Source of the DNA: Stegostoma tigrinum
Lineage: Eukaryota
Reading direction: 5' to 3'
DNA: 64,000 nt
Assembly: GCF_030684315.1 (NCBI RefSeq)
Contig: NC_081387.1
Location: 6,738,497-6,802,496 of the forward strand
In this document: positions 1 to 12,453 of the stretch, piece after piece
Layout: each line of letters opens with the position of its first letter
Position numbering within the stretch: the stretch's first letter is position 1
Notes under the pieces: model-generated
Seen by the model: the letters and a program-made list of their open reading frames with translations, nothing else
Told to the model about the DNA's origin: nothing
Database searches by the model: none
Translations under genes and position numbers: made by a program

Positions 1-515
1 TCTCTTCCCTCACTTCCCATAGCAACCTTAGGTATATCCCACCTGGTCCAGGGGACTTACCTATCCTCATGTAATTCAAGATTTCCAGCACGTCCTCCTT
101 CCTAACAACAACCTATTTGAGCATTTCTGCTTGTTATTTGCTGTCCTCACAAATGCCAAGGTCCCACTCACTGGTGAATACTGAAGCAAAGTGTTCATTG
201 AGGACCTCCCCTACCTCCTCTGACTCCACACACAGGTTCCCTCCACTATCCCTGATTGGCTCTTCCCTCACTTTGGCCACTCTCTTGTTCCTCACATAAC
301 TATAGAAAGTCTTGGGGTTTCCTTTGATCCTACCTGCCAAGGTTTTCTCATACCGTCTTCTAGCTCTCCTAAGTCCATTCTTCAGTTCCTTCCTGGTTGC
401 CTTGTAGACCTCTAGAGCCCTGTCCGATCCTTGCTTCCAGAACTTTAAGTAAGCTTCCTTCTTCCTCTTGTCTAGGTGTTCATCATGCCGTGTCACCCAA
501 GGTTCATTCACCTTG
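1..515 (-). mobile_element. CR1 LINE ORF2 fragment
   Basis: ORF 134..511 KGNPKTFYSYVRNKR...VGEVLNEHFASVFT is typical of the CR1 ORF2 linker. Confidence 0.85.
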
Positions 516-1699
516 TGACTTGAGGAAGGGTCACCGGACCTGAAATGTTAACTCTGTTTTCTCCTTCACAGATGCTGCCAGACCTGCTGAGCTTTTCCAC
601 CAACTTTGTTTTTGTTCTAACCTTTCTCACTGTCCACTATACCACCAATTTTGATGCCATCTGCAAACTTACAAAACCATTGCTTCCTCATGGTGATCTC
701 AGATGATACAAGAATTGAACCTACACTAGTACAATCAATCTGTTGTGCAAACTAGCCCTTGACTGACTGTAGCAAAACTTTGTGAGTGATCGTTTGTGTC
801 CCTTTAGCATATTAAGGGCGAGTCCCTTTTGGCTTCTGCACATGGCCATTTTGATGATACGTATGTTTGCCCGGTAAGCATTCTGTAGGAGTGATGTTGA
901 TGTTGCAAAATGCCGTGTTGTTCAGTGCTCTGAACTGGGATAAGCTTCCACCTCCCACTATTTGCTTTAAAAAAAAGTGAGGAGATACTAAGAAATGATG
1001 CAAAAAGCCACATCCTGTGCAGATGCATGAAATGTAGGAACATGCAAACTAGAAATGTGTGCGTGTCTCTGTGTGTAAAACAACCTGACCGAAGGGTGGC
1101 TGGCCATGGATGTCCCTGAGCTCATAAAAGGATGCGCTAAAGTGCTGAAGTGATGTATCAGTTGGTCCAAAAGCAGACATGGTGAAGTGATGAAGCTGGT
1201 GGTTTGCTGTTAGTGACTTGCTTGGAGGAAGGCATTGTCCATGGAGCAGGTGACAGAGACAGAGTGGGATGAAGGCTCAGAGAAGTAATTGATGAGCTGG
1301 TAATTGCTGTGACTTTCATTTTGAGAACTAGTTTCTCACGGAAAGAGAGAAGAATTGGAAGCTGCACAGAACTGAAGTGGAGTGGGGTATTAATGAGATG
1401 TAAACATCCAGAAATAAAGTAAACAACACTCATTAGTGAGATTTTAAACTTGCCACTTTAAATCTTAAGAGGTGCTTCAGAATTTTATCTTTTGATATTG
1501 GTAATCTGATTTCTTTTCCATTTTTGACATATTTTCCCACGTTTTTCCCCTTCTCTTATGCTGCTCGAGGGAGTGAAAAATTTGCCCATTTTCCTTCCTA
1601 CGGCCTCACCTATTGCTTTAATAAGCTCCATAATCACATGATCCTGCACATCAACTCCCTTTTACTGGTGCATGTTAATTTCTAATCATCATTATCCTC

Positions 1700-2340
1700 A
1701 GTAGTCCCTTGCGTACGAGGATCACTCTCTTCCACTCTCAGGGTGAGTCTGTAGGTGGATATACAGGTCAAGACGGCTACCTCAGGCTATGCTACACTTG
1801 GGGCAGAAGGTGGTAATGGGTATGGATAGGCAGGGCATTGGTGTGGAAACATGCTCCTCACGCTATTTTCACCTGGCCTCTGCTTTTTCCCAATGGCATG
1901 TCTCACGGTGTTTGACGCCTCCCGGATGGATAAACATATGGATGATAATACAATAGTGTAGATTACATGGACCTCAGATTGGTTTCACAGGTCGGCGCAA
2001 CATCGAGGGCCGAAGGGCCTGTTTTGTGCTGTAATGTTCTGTATTCTATGTTCTCATCTTCCACTTGGGATGGTCTTGGGCCAGTGATTCCCGGGTGTCT
2101 GTGGGAATGCTGTACTTTGCCGGTGAGGCATTGAGAGTATCCTTGAAACATTTCCGCTGTCGATCTGGGGCTTGCCTGCTGTTTCAGAGCTGGGGGTAGA
2201 GAACCTGTCTGGGCAGTCTTCTACCGTTCATACAAATGACATACCCAGCCCATTGTAGCCAATCAAAGGTGGTCAGTGTTTCAATGCTGGGGATGTTAGC
2301 CTGGTCGAGGCCAGTATGGTGCATCTTTCTTCCCAATAGA
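1700..2340 (-). mobile_element. RTE-clade LINE 3' fragment, interrupted by a CR1 3' tail (~1927-2053, +)
   Basis: ANIPSIE...LQWAGYV..M...RLPRQVLY is the RTE RT C-terminal motif; the nested piece ends in (ttctatg)n. Confidence 0.7.
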
Positions 2341-2729
2341 TTCGCAGAATCTTGTGCATAAATATCTAAAGAGTGTACAACTTTGGGTTTTATTTCATTA
2401 ACTGTCACCTTTTCCAATTTTGCTGGTCTATCTACCACCCCTACAAACTCCAAAACTGTGAGAAAAAAGGGTCCATAGCCAGGGAATAAAATGCCTTTAC
2501 ACAGCATGTAAACATACACAGTTTAAAAAGTATGAGCCAAATGGAACAGAAACTGCAGGAACTTTTGATAAAAGGACTGGGGTTTCTCCAGGGGATTATA
2601 ATGAGTGAAAGATAATTACATAAATGTACACCCTGTTTATCAATCTCAGTCACTTACAGCATTGTAGCTCCAGTCATGAGTGACATCCTATCATGTTTAG
2701 TGGTCAAATTACACAGACATTTATCATCC

Positions 2730-3100
2730 CATGGGGTTATGTTCTGAGTCAGAAGGTGATGGGTTCAATATCAGACTGCAGGCATTGCAGAAATGTTACG
2801 CAGTTGGAGGTGTCACCTTCCAGATGAAATGTCAAATCTGCTCGATTAGGCGAGTGCATAAAAACAAATGGCACTGTTTTGAAGAAAAGCAAGGGATTTA
2901 TTCCTGGTGTCACAACCAATATTTATCCCTCAATTAACATCACAAAAACAAATTATTTGTTGATTATCATATTGCTGTTTGTTTGAGTTTTCAGTGTGAA
3001 AACTAGCTTCATTATTACAGTGACTATACTTTGGATAAACTTCATTGGTGTTGAAGTGGTTTGGAATGTCCTGTGGTATGGAATGTGCACCATATGCATA
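2730..3100 (+). mobile_element. Deu-domain SINE (SacSINE1/AmnSINE-like), degenerate
   Basis: gaagaaaagcaaggg...ccaatatttatccctcaa...acagtgactatactt...cattgg, recognised from memory as the Deu domain and tail. Confidence 0.6.
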
Positions 3101-4289
3101 TTCCCTTCCAAACTACACCACATCACAGCTTGGGACTCTCTTCACAGTTGGAACTTGAAACTTCCAGGAAGTTAGCATGCTAGTTCAGTGGGTAATTGGG
3201 AGAGAAAGTTGGACGTTGGCCTTTATTGCAAGGGAAATGGAATACAAAAATAAGGAGGTTTTGCTGAAACTGTACAGAACACCAGTCAGAACACAAATGG
3301 AAAGTTGTGAAATGTGTGAGGTCCCTGATCAAAGGAAATTTAACTCCACTGGCACTGAAGGGTATCCAAACAAGGTGGACGGCATTATGAGGAAAGGTCG
3401 AGTAGACTAAGCCTTGAATTATAAAAGAATCAATGACTACCTTCTTGAAACATGCAAGATTTTTAAGAGGACTTGGAAGAGGAGATGTTATTTGTGAGAT
3501 TTGGGAGAATCAAGGACCAGAGGGCATAATCTTACAATAACAGGTCACACATTTAAAACAGAGATGAGGAGGAATTTTTCACAGAGCATTGTGAATCTAC
3601 ACATTGTTTACCTCAGAGGCTGAGTCATTAAGTATGTTCAAGAGTGAGATAGACAGATTTTTTAATTAATTAGGGAATGGTGAAAATATTATTGGGTAAA
3701 AGGCAGGGAGGTGGAGTTGAAGATTATCAGATCAGCCATAGTCTCATTGAATGGTAGGGAAGACTCGATGCCCTGTTTCTGCTTCTCTGTCTTATGGTTT
3801 TTTGGTTCTTCCCTCACAGTACTGTTGTAGTAACAAAACAAAGTTGCTGGAAAAGCTCAGCACGTCTGGTAGCATCTATGGAGGAGAAAACAGAGTTAAT
3901 GTTTCGGGTCTGGTGACCCTTCCTCAGAACCTTCCTCCGTGGTAGTTCCCACTCCACACGGACTGCAGTGGTTTAAGAAGGTGGTTTACCAAAACCTTCT
4001 CAAAGCAAGTTAGGAATTGCACCAAATGCTGATATTGCCAGCCATGCCCACATCCCATAAGAGAATAAGTAGAACTAAAAAATATTAGGCATTCTTCAAT
4101 TTCCATGCTGGCTGTGAAAGAATGTTAACTATGGGTAATACAATGACTTGTTGGTCATACTCTGTGTCTTTTATCTTTGAATTTGAAGACACGTGAATGC
4201 ATTGCTGTAATTCTAAACTCCAACTATTTAAAGCAACAAAAGACAAATTGGAAAAAGATGCATTTTGACAGGCCTGCTTCCATTTTCAG

Positions 4290-4385
4290 GTCCAGCTGCA
4301 ATCCTCCTTGGATTCCATGGAGGACAGAAAGGAAAAGAAAAATGAATTGAAGCGTCAGCAGGAGGAGAAGATTTCAGAACTAGAT
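4290..4385 (+). CDS. TRIM exon, coiled-coil 1 (96 bp)
   Basis: ttttcag|GTC...GAT|gtaag; VQLQSSLDSMEDRKEKKNELKRQQEEKISELD. Confidence 0.88.
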
Positions 4386-7300
4386 GTAAGCCAAAACAGT
4401 CTAATGTTTGAACAACAGATAGAAGTAAAAATTGGTTTGCGGTGTTAAAGGACAGGATTGTGTCAGCTGGTGTCTTTCCTCCGTCCTCCCTGGACCAACC
4501 TATCCCCTTCCCAACTCCCCACCTCACTCATCTTTACTGGCTTCATCTCTGCCTCCTTGACCTGTCTGTCTCCTCTCCACGTATCTTCTCCTTTATCTAT
4601 CTTCCATCCGAAACCCACCTCTCCCTACTTATTTCAGAATCTCCTTCCCCTCTCCCATTTCTGAAAAAGGGCCTAGACCCTTAATGTCAGTTTTCCTGCT
4701 CCTCTGATGCTGTTGGCCTGCTGTGTTCATCCAGCTCCACACCTTGTTATCTAGGATTGTGTTGCAGATTGTTGCACTAGATGTTGATTGTTTTCAATAG
4801 AATTGGCTATCTTTTGATATTCAATGAGATGCCGGCAGTTTTGCATTTCCAGCCAGCATTCATGTACGTGTGCCTCAAACAGAACCCACTTACGTTTTCT
4901 CTCACCAACTTAGAAACTCGGAGGATCCCTGGAGCAACACATCTCTGAAATATTTGCCAAAATTCAGCAATATCTTGAAGACAAAAAGGCACTCTTAATC
5001 AGAGAACTTCAAAAGCAACAGGAAGAAGATTTTAAATTAATGGACAGAAGTTTGATAATAATTAAAAAAGAATTAGAAACACTTGAAGAGGATGTATCGA
5101 AACTTCAAGCTGTCATTCACCAGGAAGACAGTATCACTTTTCTCAAGGTACCACTTTATAAGCCAGAACCATTCCTGTTCCTGCAGGCACTGTCAGTGAT
5201 CAGTGGGTTCAGGTGATTATGTCAGCATTAAGGGGAAAGAACTTCTGTTTCAGGTTTGAAGGACACCTTACTTTCACAAGGTTTCAATACAAATCTGCAG
5301 ACAATGTAGAAGTGAATTCCATTGCAGCCAACTGAATCACCAGTTTATTAAGCACCGATACTGGGGACAGTAATATAAATGCCAACAATCATGTTTGAGT
5401 CTAGGTGAGCTCCAGTACACTTGTGGGCTGGAAGTTGACATGGCAATTATCCAAACCTTTAGTCACCTTGTTATGACCAAGAATATAATACTGATAGGGT
5501 TCTTGTGACAAAGTGACAATAGAGTCATAGAGTCATACAGCACAGAAACAAGTCCTTCGATCCAACTCGTCCATGTTGACCAAGTTTCCCAAACTAAACT
5601 AGTCCTACTTGCTGTGTTGGTCAATAACTCTCTATTCATTCATGTAGCTGTCCAAAATGTCTTTTAAATGTGGTAACTGCATCTGCAGGAATCACTTCCT
5701 CTGGCAGCTGAACCACCCTCCAAGTGAAAAAGTTGCCCCTCAGGTCCCTCTTAAATCTTGACCCCATCTGTCAGCCAGGCAGCTTGGGTTCATGTCCCAC
5801 CTGCTCCAGAGTTGTATAATAATATTTCTGAAGAGGTTGATAAGGAAAATATTTACATTCTAGCCACTCCCAGTTCACAGTGCACACAACCTTGGCTATG
5901 ACTTTGGATCCTTTATCTGACTCCATACGATGACAGAATTGCATGAATTATTTCACACCAGAATTTGCTAATTGTAGAGTCACAGAGTCATACAGCACCA
6001 AAACAGATCCAACTGGTCTGTGCCAATCTGATACACTCCCGTTTGCCAGAATTTGGTCCATATACTTCTAAACCCTTCCTATTCATACAGCTGTCCAGAT
6101 GCCTCCTAAATGTTACAATTGTCTCTGCTTGCGCTACTTCCTCTATTATTAGGCATTCAATAGCATAATTTGTTCCATTATAAACGTGCAAACATGCATA
6201 CATACAAAATAAATGGAAGTAGACTGCTTGGCACTTCAAGCCTGCTCTTGCCATTTAATAAGATCGTGACAGCTATGTTTGTGTTTCCTACATTTTAAAA
6301 AAAGGTATTGATCCTGCCTCCACTGCATTCTGAGGCAGAGAGTTCCAAAGTTGCACAACTGTCTAAGAGGTAAAAGATTCTCTTCATCTCTGCCCTGAAA
6401 GGTCAACCATTAATTTTAAAACAGTGCTCTAGATTTCTAGACTTACCATCATAAAATACCTACAGTGTGGAAATGGGGCATTTGGCCCAGAAAGTCCACA
6501 CCCACACTCCAAAGAGCATCCCACTCAGACTCGCCCTCACCCCCCCACCCAACTCTATTCCTGTAACCCTGTATTTTCCATGGCTGAGACACCCATCTAC
6601 ACATCCCTGGATACTATGGGCAATTTAGCAAGGTCAATCCACCTAACCTGAACATCTTTGGACTGTGGGAGGTAACCAGAGTACCTGGAGGAAACCCACG
6701 CAGACATAGGGAGAATGTGCAGACTCCACACAGACAGTCACCTGAGAGTGGAATCAAACCTGGGACCCTGGCGATGTAAGCCACTGTGCCATCCCAAGAG
6801 GAAACAAAGCTTTCCACTGACAAAATAAAAACCGAAAGAACTGCAGATGCTGTAAATCAAGAACAGAAACAAAGTTTCTGGAAAAGCTCAGCAGGTCTGG
6901 CAGCATCTGTGAAGGAAAAACGTTTCGAGTCCCTTGACCCTGCCTCAAAACTTGTGGAAGGGTCACCAGACCTGAAATGTTAACTCTGTTTTCTCCTTCA
7001 CAGATACTGCCAGACCTGCTGAGCTTTTCCAGCAACTTTGTTTTTGCACTTTCCACTTAGACCTTGTTGAAACCATTCAGGATCTGATACACTCTAATCA
7101 CATCACTCCTCCAAACTCTGGTGGAAGCAAGTCCAGCCTTTCCAGCCTGTCCTCCTAAGCCATACAATTCATTCCAAGTGTTAAGCTAGTCAACCTCCTG
7201 TGAGCCATTTCCAACACATATAGATCCTTCCTTAACTAAGGGGACTAAAACTGCACACCATTCTGATATCGTCTCACCAGCATCTGTACAATTGAAACAC

Positions 7301-10300
7301 AACATTCTTACTTTTATGCCCAATCCATCTCAACAAAGGATAACATCCTGTTAGCCTTCTTGATTACATACCATACCTATATTCTAACTTCTTGTGATTC
7401 ATGTATTACAACACCTAAATCCCTTGCATCTTGAAATTCCACAATCATTTTCTGCTTATGAAACACTCTGCATTTTCATTCTTCTTGCCAGAGTGAGCAA
7501 CTTCGAACTTTCCAGGTTTTGCACACTCAGCCCACTTCAATCTGACCGCAGCCTCCAATATCTTCTCCACAATACCTTTCCTACCTTAATTTTTCTAAGC
7601 CATTGATCAAATTTTTAAATGGTTGATGCCCTGAATAGTTTCCAGCAGGTCTCCACTCATCACATTCTGCCAATCGGACAAAGACTTATTTATGCATACC
7701 TTAACAATATTTATGTTCATCCTGTAATGTGATACCGATAACTGAACATAATACTTGAAATGGAATCTAACTAGAGGTTTTTATAAATGTAATGTAATTT
7801 CCTTTGTAATGAATCTCTTTGATAGATAGACCAATATTCCAATTGGTTTTTAAATTGTTTTCTACCCCTCTACTAACTTTTAGGTCAGTTCTCTATATTG
7901 ATTCATAAATCTTTCCAGTTATCCAGTTCCTAGCTTCTCACAACTTCAAAAATACTTTTTCTTAGAATTAAAATGATGAGTTCATGTTTCCGAAAGGGTT
8001 CTGATGAAGGGTCACCGGACCCGAAACATTAACTCCGTTTTCTCCTCCACAGATGCTGCCAGTCCGGCTTAGTTTTTAGAGAAACTTTGTTTTTTGTTTC
8101 CGATAGCACTGTTTTTGTCTACTGACTTGACCTATCAATGTTCCTGTATAATTACTTATTCCCATCAACAGTATTTCCCATACCATGTATCTTAGTGCCT
8201 TCAGCAAGCTTGGATGTTCCTTCATTTAAGTTGCTCATTAAAGCAATAAAAAGCTAAGGCCCCAGTTTATACCAATACAGTAAACCACTAATTACACTGT
8301 GAGAGTTTAAATTTAGCTACATTATCTGTAATGTCTAATTCCAGGTTAATCCACTTTTGGTGTCAGTAGGTTCTTTCAAATTTCAGTGCGATCACATTTT
8401 TGCTAGTAGTCAGTTGTGTAGAAATCTTACTGAATGACCACTTAAATAGCATCCAGAGAGTCTTCGTCAGTATGCCTATGAAAGTACATTTTGGTAAACG
8501 AGACACCAATTAATCATGTAAATCCATACTGTCTGTCTCTGAACAGTTCATAAATAAGTTACGGATAAATGTCATTTATTGTTGGGCAAAGGGCCCAGTA
8601 CCTGAATGAATAGCAATATCGTTTATTGCTACAAAGGAAGCTAGTTTAAAATTGCCAAAACCATTGATCCAAATTTCACCATTCATCCAAATTTCCTCCA
8701 CAATGATCGGTATCACATTACAAGATGAACATAAATATTGTTAAGGTATGCATAAATAAGTCTGTCCGATTGGCAGAATGTGATGAGTGGAGACCTGCTG
8801 GAAACTATTCAGGGCATCAGCCATTTAAAGGTGAGACCAGCAGATCAAGTTGTGTCAACACTGTGAATCTGACTTTTTGAAGCTATTATTTCAAACCACA
8901 TTAAGCATCTTTTAATCCATTAATATTTATAAAATTGATCCAAATTTCCTCCACAATGATTGAAGTACATTGTAAAGTGGAACTTGTGCCATAGATAAAA
9001 CAACCCAATTCACATTATTGTTATTTTCTTTTTATACAGGAAATGAAAGGTTTGCCAGGGAGGTGTGTATGATTTAGATCCATGCATTTATACATATTGA
9101 GCATATGACATTATTTTCAGAAATTAAATCAATTTGTAATTCCAATTCAGATGCCTTGGGAGTGAAGAAAGTGAAAGTCAACAAGAGAGAAGTGATGATG
9201 TTGGGGAAGATGATGACAAAAGTGAAGGTGACGACAACGATGAAAATGATAACAACGATGGAAATGAAGACGATGAAAATGATGATGATGATGAAAATGA
9301 CGATGCTGATGAAAATGACGACGATGAAAGTGACGGCGATGAAAATGACGATGACGATGAAAATGATGACAACGATGATGATGATGAAAATGAGGGAAGC
9401 GGTGAAAGAAGCGAATGTATATCAGAAGAAAATGGAGAAGATGTGGTGGAATTCAGTGAGCTGATACTGGGAATGTTCAGGGGACCTTTACAGTATGCAA
9501 TATGGAAGGAAATGAAACAAATCCTCTCTCCAGGTAAGACATGACCTATTGTTTACCACATGGCGCTCGTTTTGCCTAATAGAAAATGGCTATCATATGT
9601 TTGAATTAGGGTGAAGGATTTGCAGCTTGTGCTGTCTGTGATTTTAAGATTTAGATACTGGCTCCATTGACTTGAATATAATTAGCTCTTAGGCAGGGTA
9701 TATCACAGTTGGTACATGGAATAGACTTACCTGCTTAGCATTATAACATTTAATCTCTACCCTAGGCTGTTTCAAATTCTAATTTCTGGTATCATTTGTC
9801 TTTTAGGAGCTCAAAGTTCAAACCTTCTTCATGTAGGAAATTGGTGTAAGGCCATTTTTAAAGTGCTGTAAAAAATAAATATTAATTTCCCTTGATTGCA
9901 AAACAATCCTGTCTCGGTCGCTGGCATGAACTATCCATTTGACATCAGCGCATAATTCAGTATTTAGACCGATTGAAATGAGTTGGTATCTGTAACAGGT
10001 CCAACTCTACCCATTTAACACCCAAATTGAATTTCTACATGGAATAAAAATTTCAGAGATATTTATTTATGCTCAGACAGATGGAGCGTGGAATCTTATT
10101 GCTGCTGTGGAGAAAGAAGGGGTGAGGGGCTTGGGTTTCTGAGGGGGCTATGATGAGATTTCTGGTGGAATGAAGTGAAAATTCTCATAAGGCCCCTCCT
10201 GCTGTTGGAATTATCTCACTGCATCTTTTATGCTTTTCACAAGTGGTGAGGTGAGTTTTTTCACTGGGAAATAGCAAGCATCAAATTAAGAGTGATTATA

Positions 10301-12398
10301 TGCTTATTGGCCATCTTGTTAATGGTCCAATGTGCCTATCTTGCCAATCTTACCAAACTAGTTAGACATTGAGAGATTTTGACATGAGAACTCGAACAGA
10401 TACCTGGTGAATGCAGACAGTTCTGAAAGATCTTCATGTTGGAATCCACGTGCCAACATCTCAGCGCATGCTCTGTGGACATGGACCATGTACATCAGAT
10501 CCATAGATATTGGCATCTGCTATGCTGCAGCAAGGACACTGTGTGCTCAGGGACACAGACCTAGCTCATGGATCAGGCTGTACCTCTGGGCTGTTCACTC
10601 AGTGTCACAGCAGACACTCACTCTTAGCTTCACTGGCCACCCACAGCATCCTTGCCTTGCATGACCCTTATCTGCTTTCCCCCCTCTCCCTTAGGTCTTG
10701 CCCTTCCTGTTTAGTGCAGACACATAGAAAGAAGGCTTACAATGATTGTCAGGAGGCCTCAGTCAAATCAAGGGACTAGCCTTGGTTTCAGGGGTCCTGT
10801 CCACACTAAGTCAAGGGTAGCCTCTGATACCCATCTAGGGGCTTGGAAATGGTCAGCATCAATGACGGGTTAGTATTCTCTCCACCAGCCATTTTGTGGG
10901 ATGTTTCCTTCTGGAATGAGAGAGAGGCAGGTATAAGCGAGATGAAAGTGGGTGACATGGCTGTCACCTTTTGATGCAGGTAGGGAGGTGGCCTGAGTGA
11001 GTGAGAAGCCAGTACAGGGTTCATGACTTCAGTTGAACTGAGTGACAACACATAAGAGATGTTGCAGGGAGATGGTGGGAAGTGTGTTTAGGAGCAGAGA
11101 TGGAGTTAATGTGAGGTGTCGGAGAGAAAATGGTAGCGTTTACACAAGCACGATGGATTATGTCATTGACCTTTCCTGTATATGATTCTGCAATCCTCGA
11201 GATTGGCTGAGATTGCTTTAAGTTGAGTGGTCAGGCTAGTCCTGGCCTGATGTCCTGTGTCAGCACCACCCGCTCCAGTAGAACCTTCAGGTCCCCGAAC
11301 ACAAAGTGAAGCACCAGGTTCCCCATGTCTGTCATTTCTAAAATGAGCAAATGTACAGGGCAGTGCTTGTCTTGGTACAGAATGGGCTTTTAATGGTAGC
11401 AAGGGGTACAAGGGATACTGTTGAATTTTGGGAAATATACTGAGTGGTGACTTGTTTTGGGAACAATGCAGGGTTAGATGAGGCTGGAGTTGAATGTGAG
11501 GGACACTCTAGGTGCAGGGTAGGTAGCTATTGAAGGGAGTTTGGTAAGATATGCCGAGGAAACCTGTTCGACCTCACCATGGAATTTCATAGAAAAAAAC
11601 CCAACGTAACTTAGACTTAGCAAAAATGTCTGTGATTCAGACTTAAGTTTATATTACACGAGAATGACCAAATCAGACTAAAAGTGAATAACCATTCTAT
11701 TATAAGTTAGCATGTGTGAAACCTCATTTTTGAGTCCAGAAGTTCTGGCCCAGATATCAATGCTACATGACAGTTTGGACGTCGTTCCACTGAATATACT
11801 ATTCCTTTATGACACTAACTAATAACAAAATCACATGATCCCGGTCACTTAGAATTCACACACCCTAGGGTCAGTCTCAAGTGGTCAATCCATCAAAAGA
11901 TTTCCTCTTGTGTGTTCTGACCAATTGACCTAATTGCACTTTGCTGCTGCAGCCACGAGGCATTTGCAGTTTTATTTCTCATACGTTTTTCTATCACTGT
12001 GCCATATCGGGTATTATCTATCATTTTGGCAAATGTAAATACTTTTCAATTACATCGCTGTCCTTTTTGAAGTCATGACCGATGTACTTCTCTCTGGAAT
12101 CTCTTCAAGTTTATCCTTGGCTGTCTGCAGTCTTTATTTCCAACTCCATTATCTTTATTTTCACAGAAACAACAGGCCCCAGTTCTTGAACATTGTGTTT
12201 TTTTTACTTAACAAAAATCTGATTATCAGTTCTTCAGTGAGAATGCCAATTTCTTCTTTGATGCCTGTCCATGAGATAAGCCAAATACCACAGAACTTTA
12301 CCACAATCTTAGTGTTCATTAGGAGGAAAGAAATTAAGGCACATTTGTGTAATTCAAAGTGATTAATATGTGAGAAAAAATGCATTGTCTTGCAGAGC

Positions 12399-12453
<55 letters not shown>

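Noticed and set aside
1090-1433. Possible RING/B-box first exon of the TRIM gene
   Set aside because: No Cys/His zinc-finger pattern seen on the + strand; the exon is presumably upstream of the window
9105-9464. Met/Thr/Lys-rich ORF on + and the poly-Ser ORF 9178..9372 on -
   Set aside because: Shadow frames of the acidic TRIM exon; splice phases and the GPLQYAIWKEM motif fix the real frame
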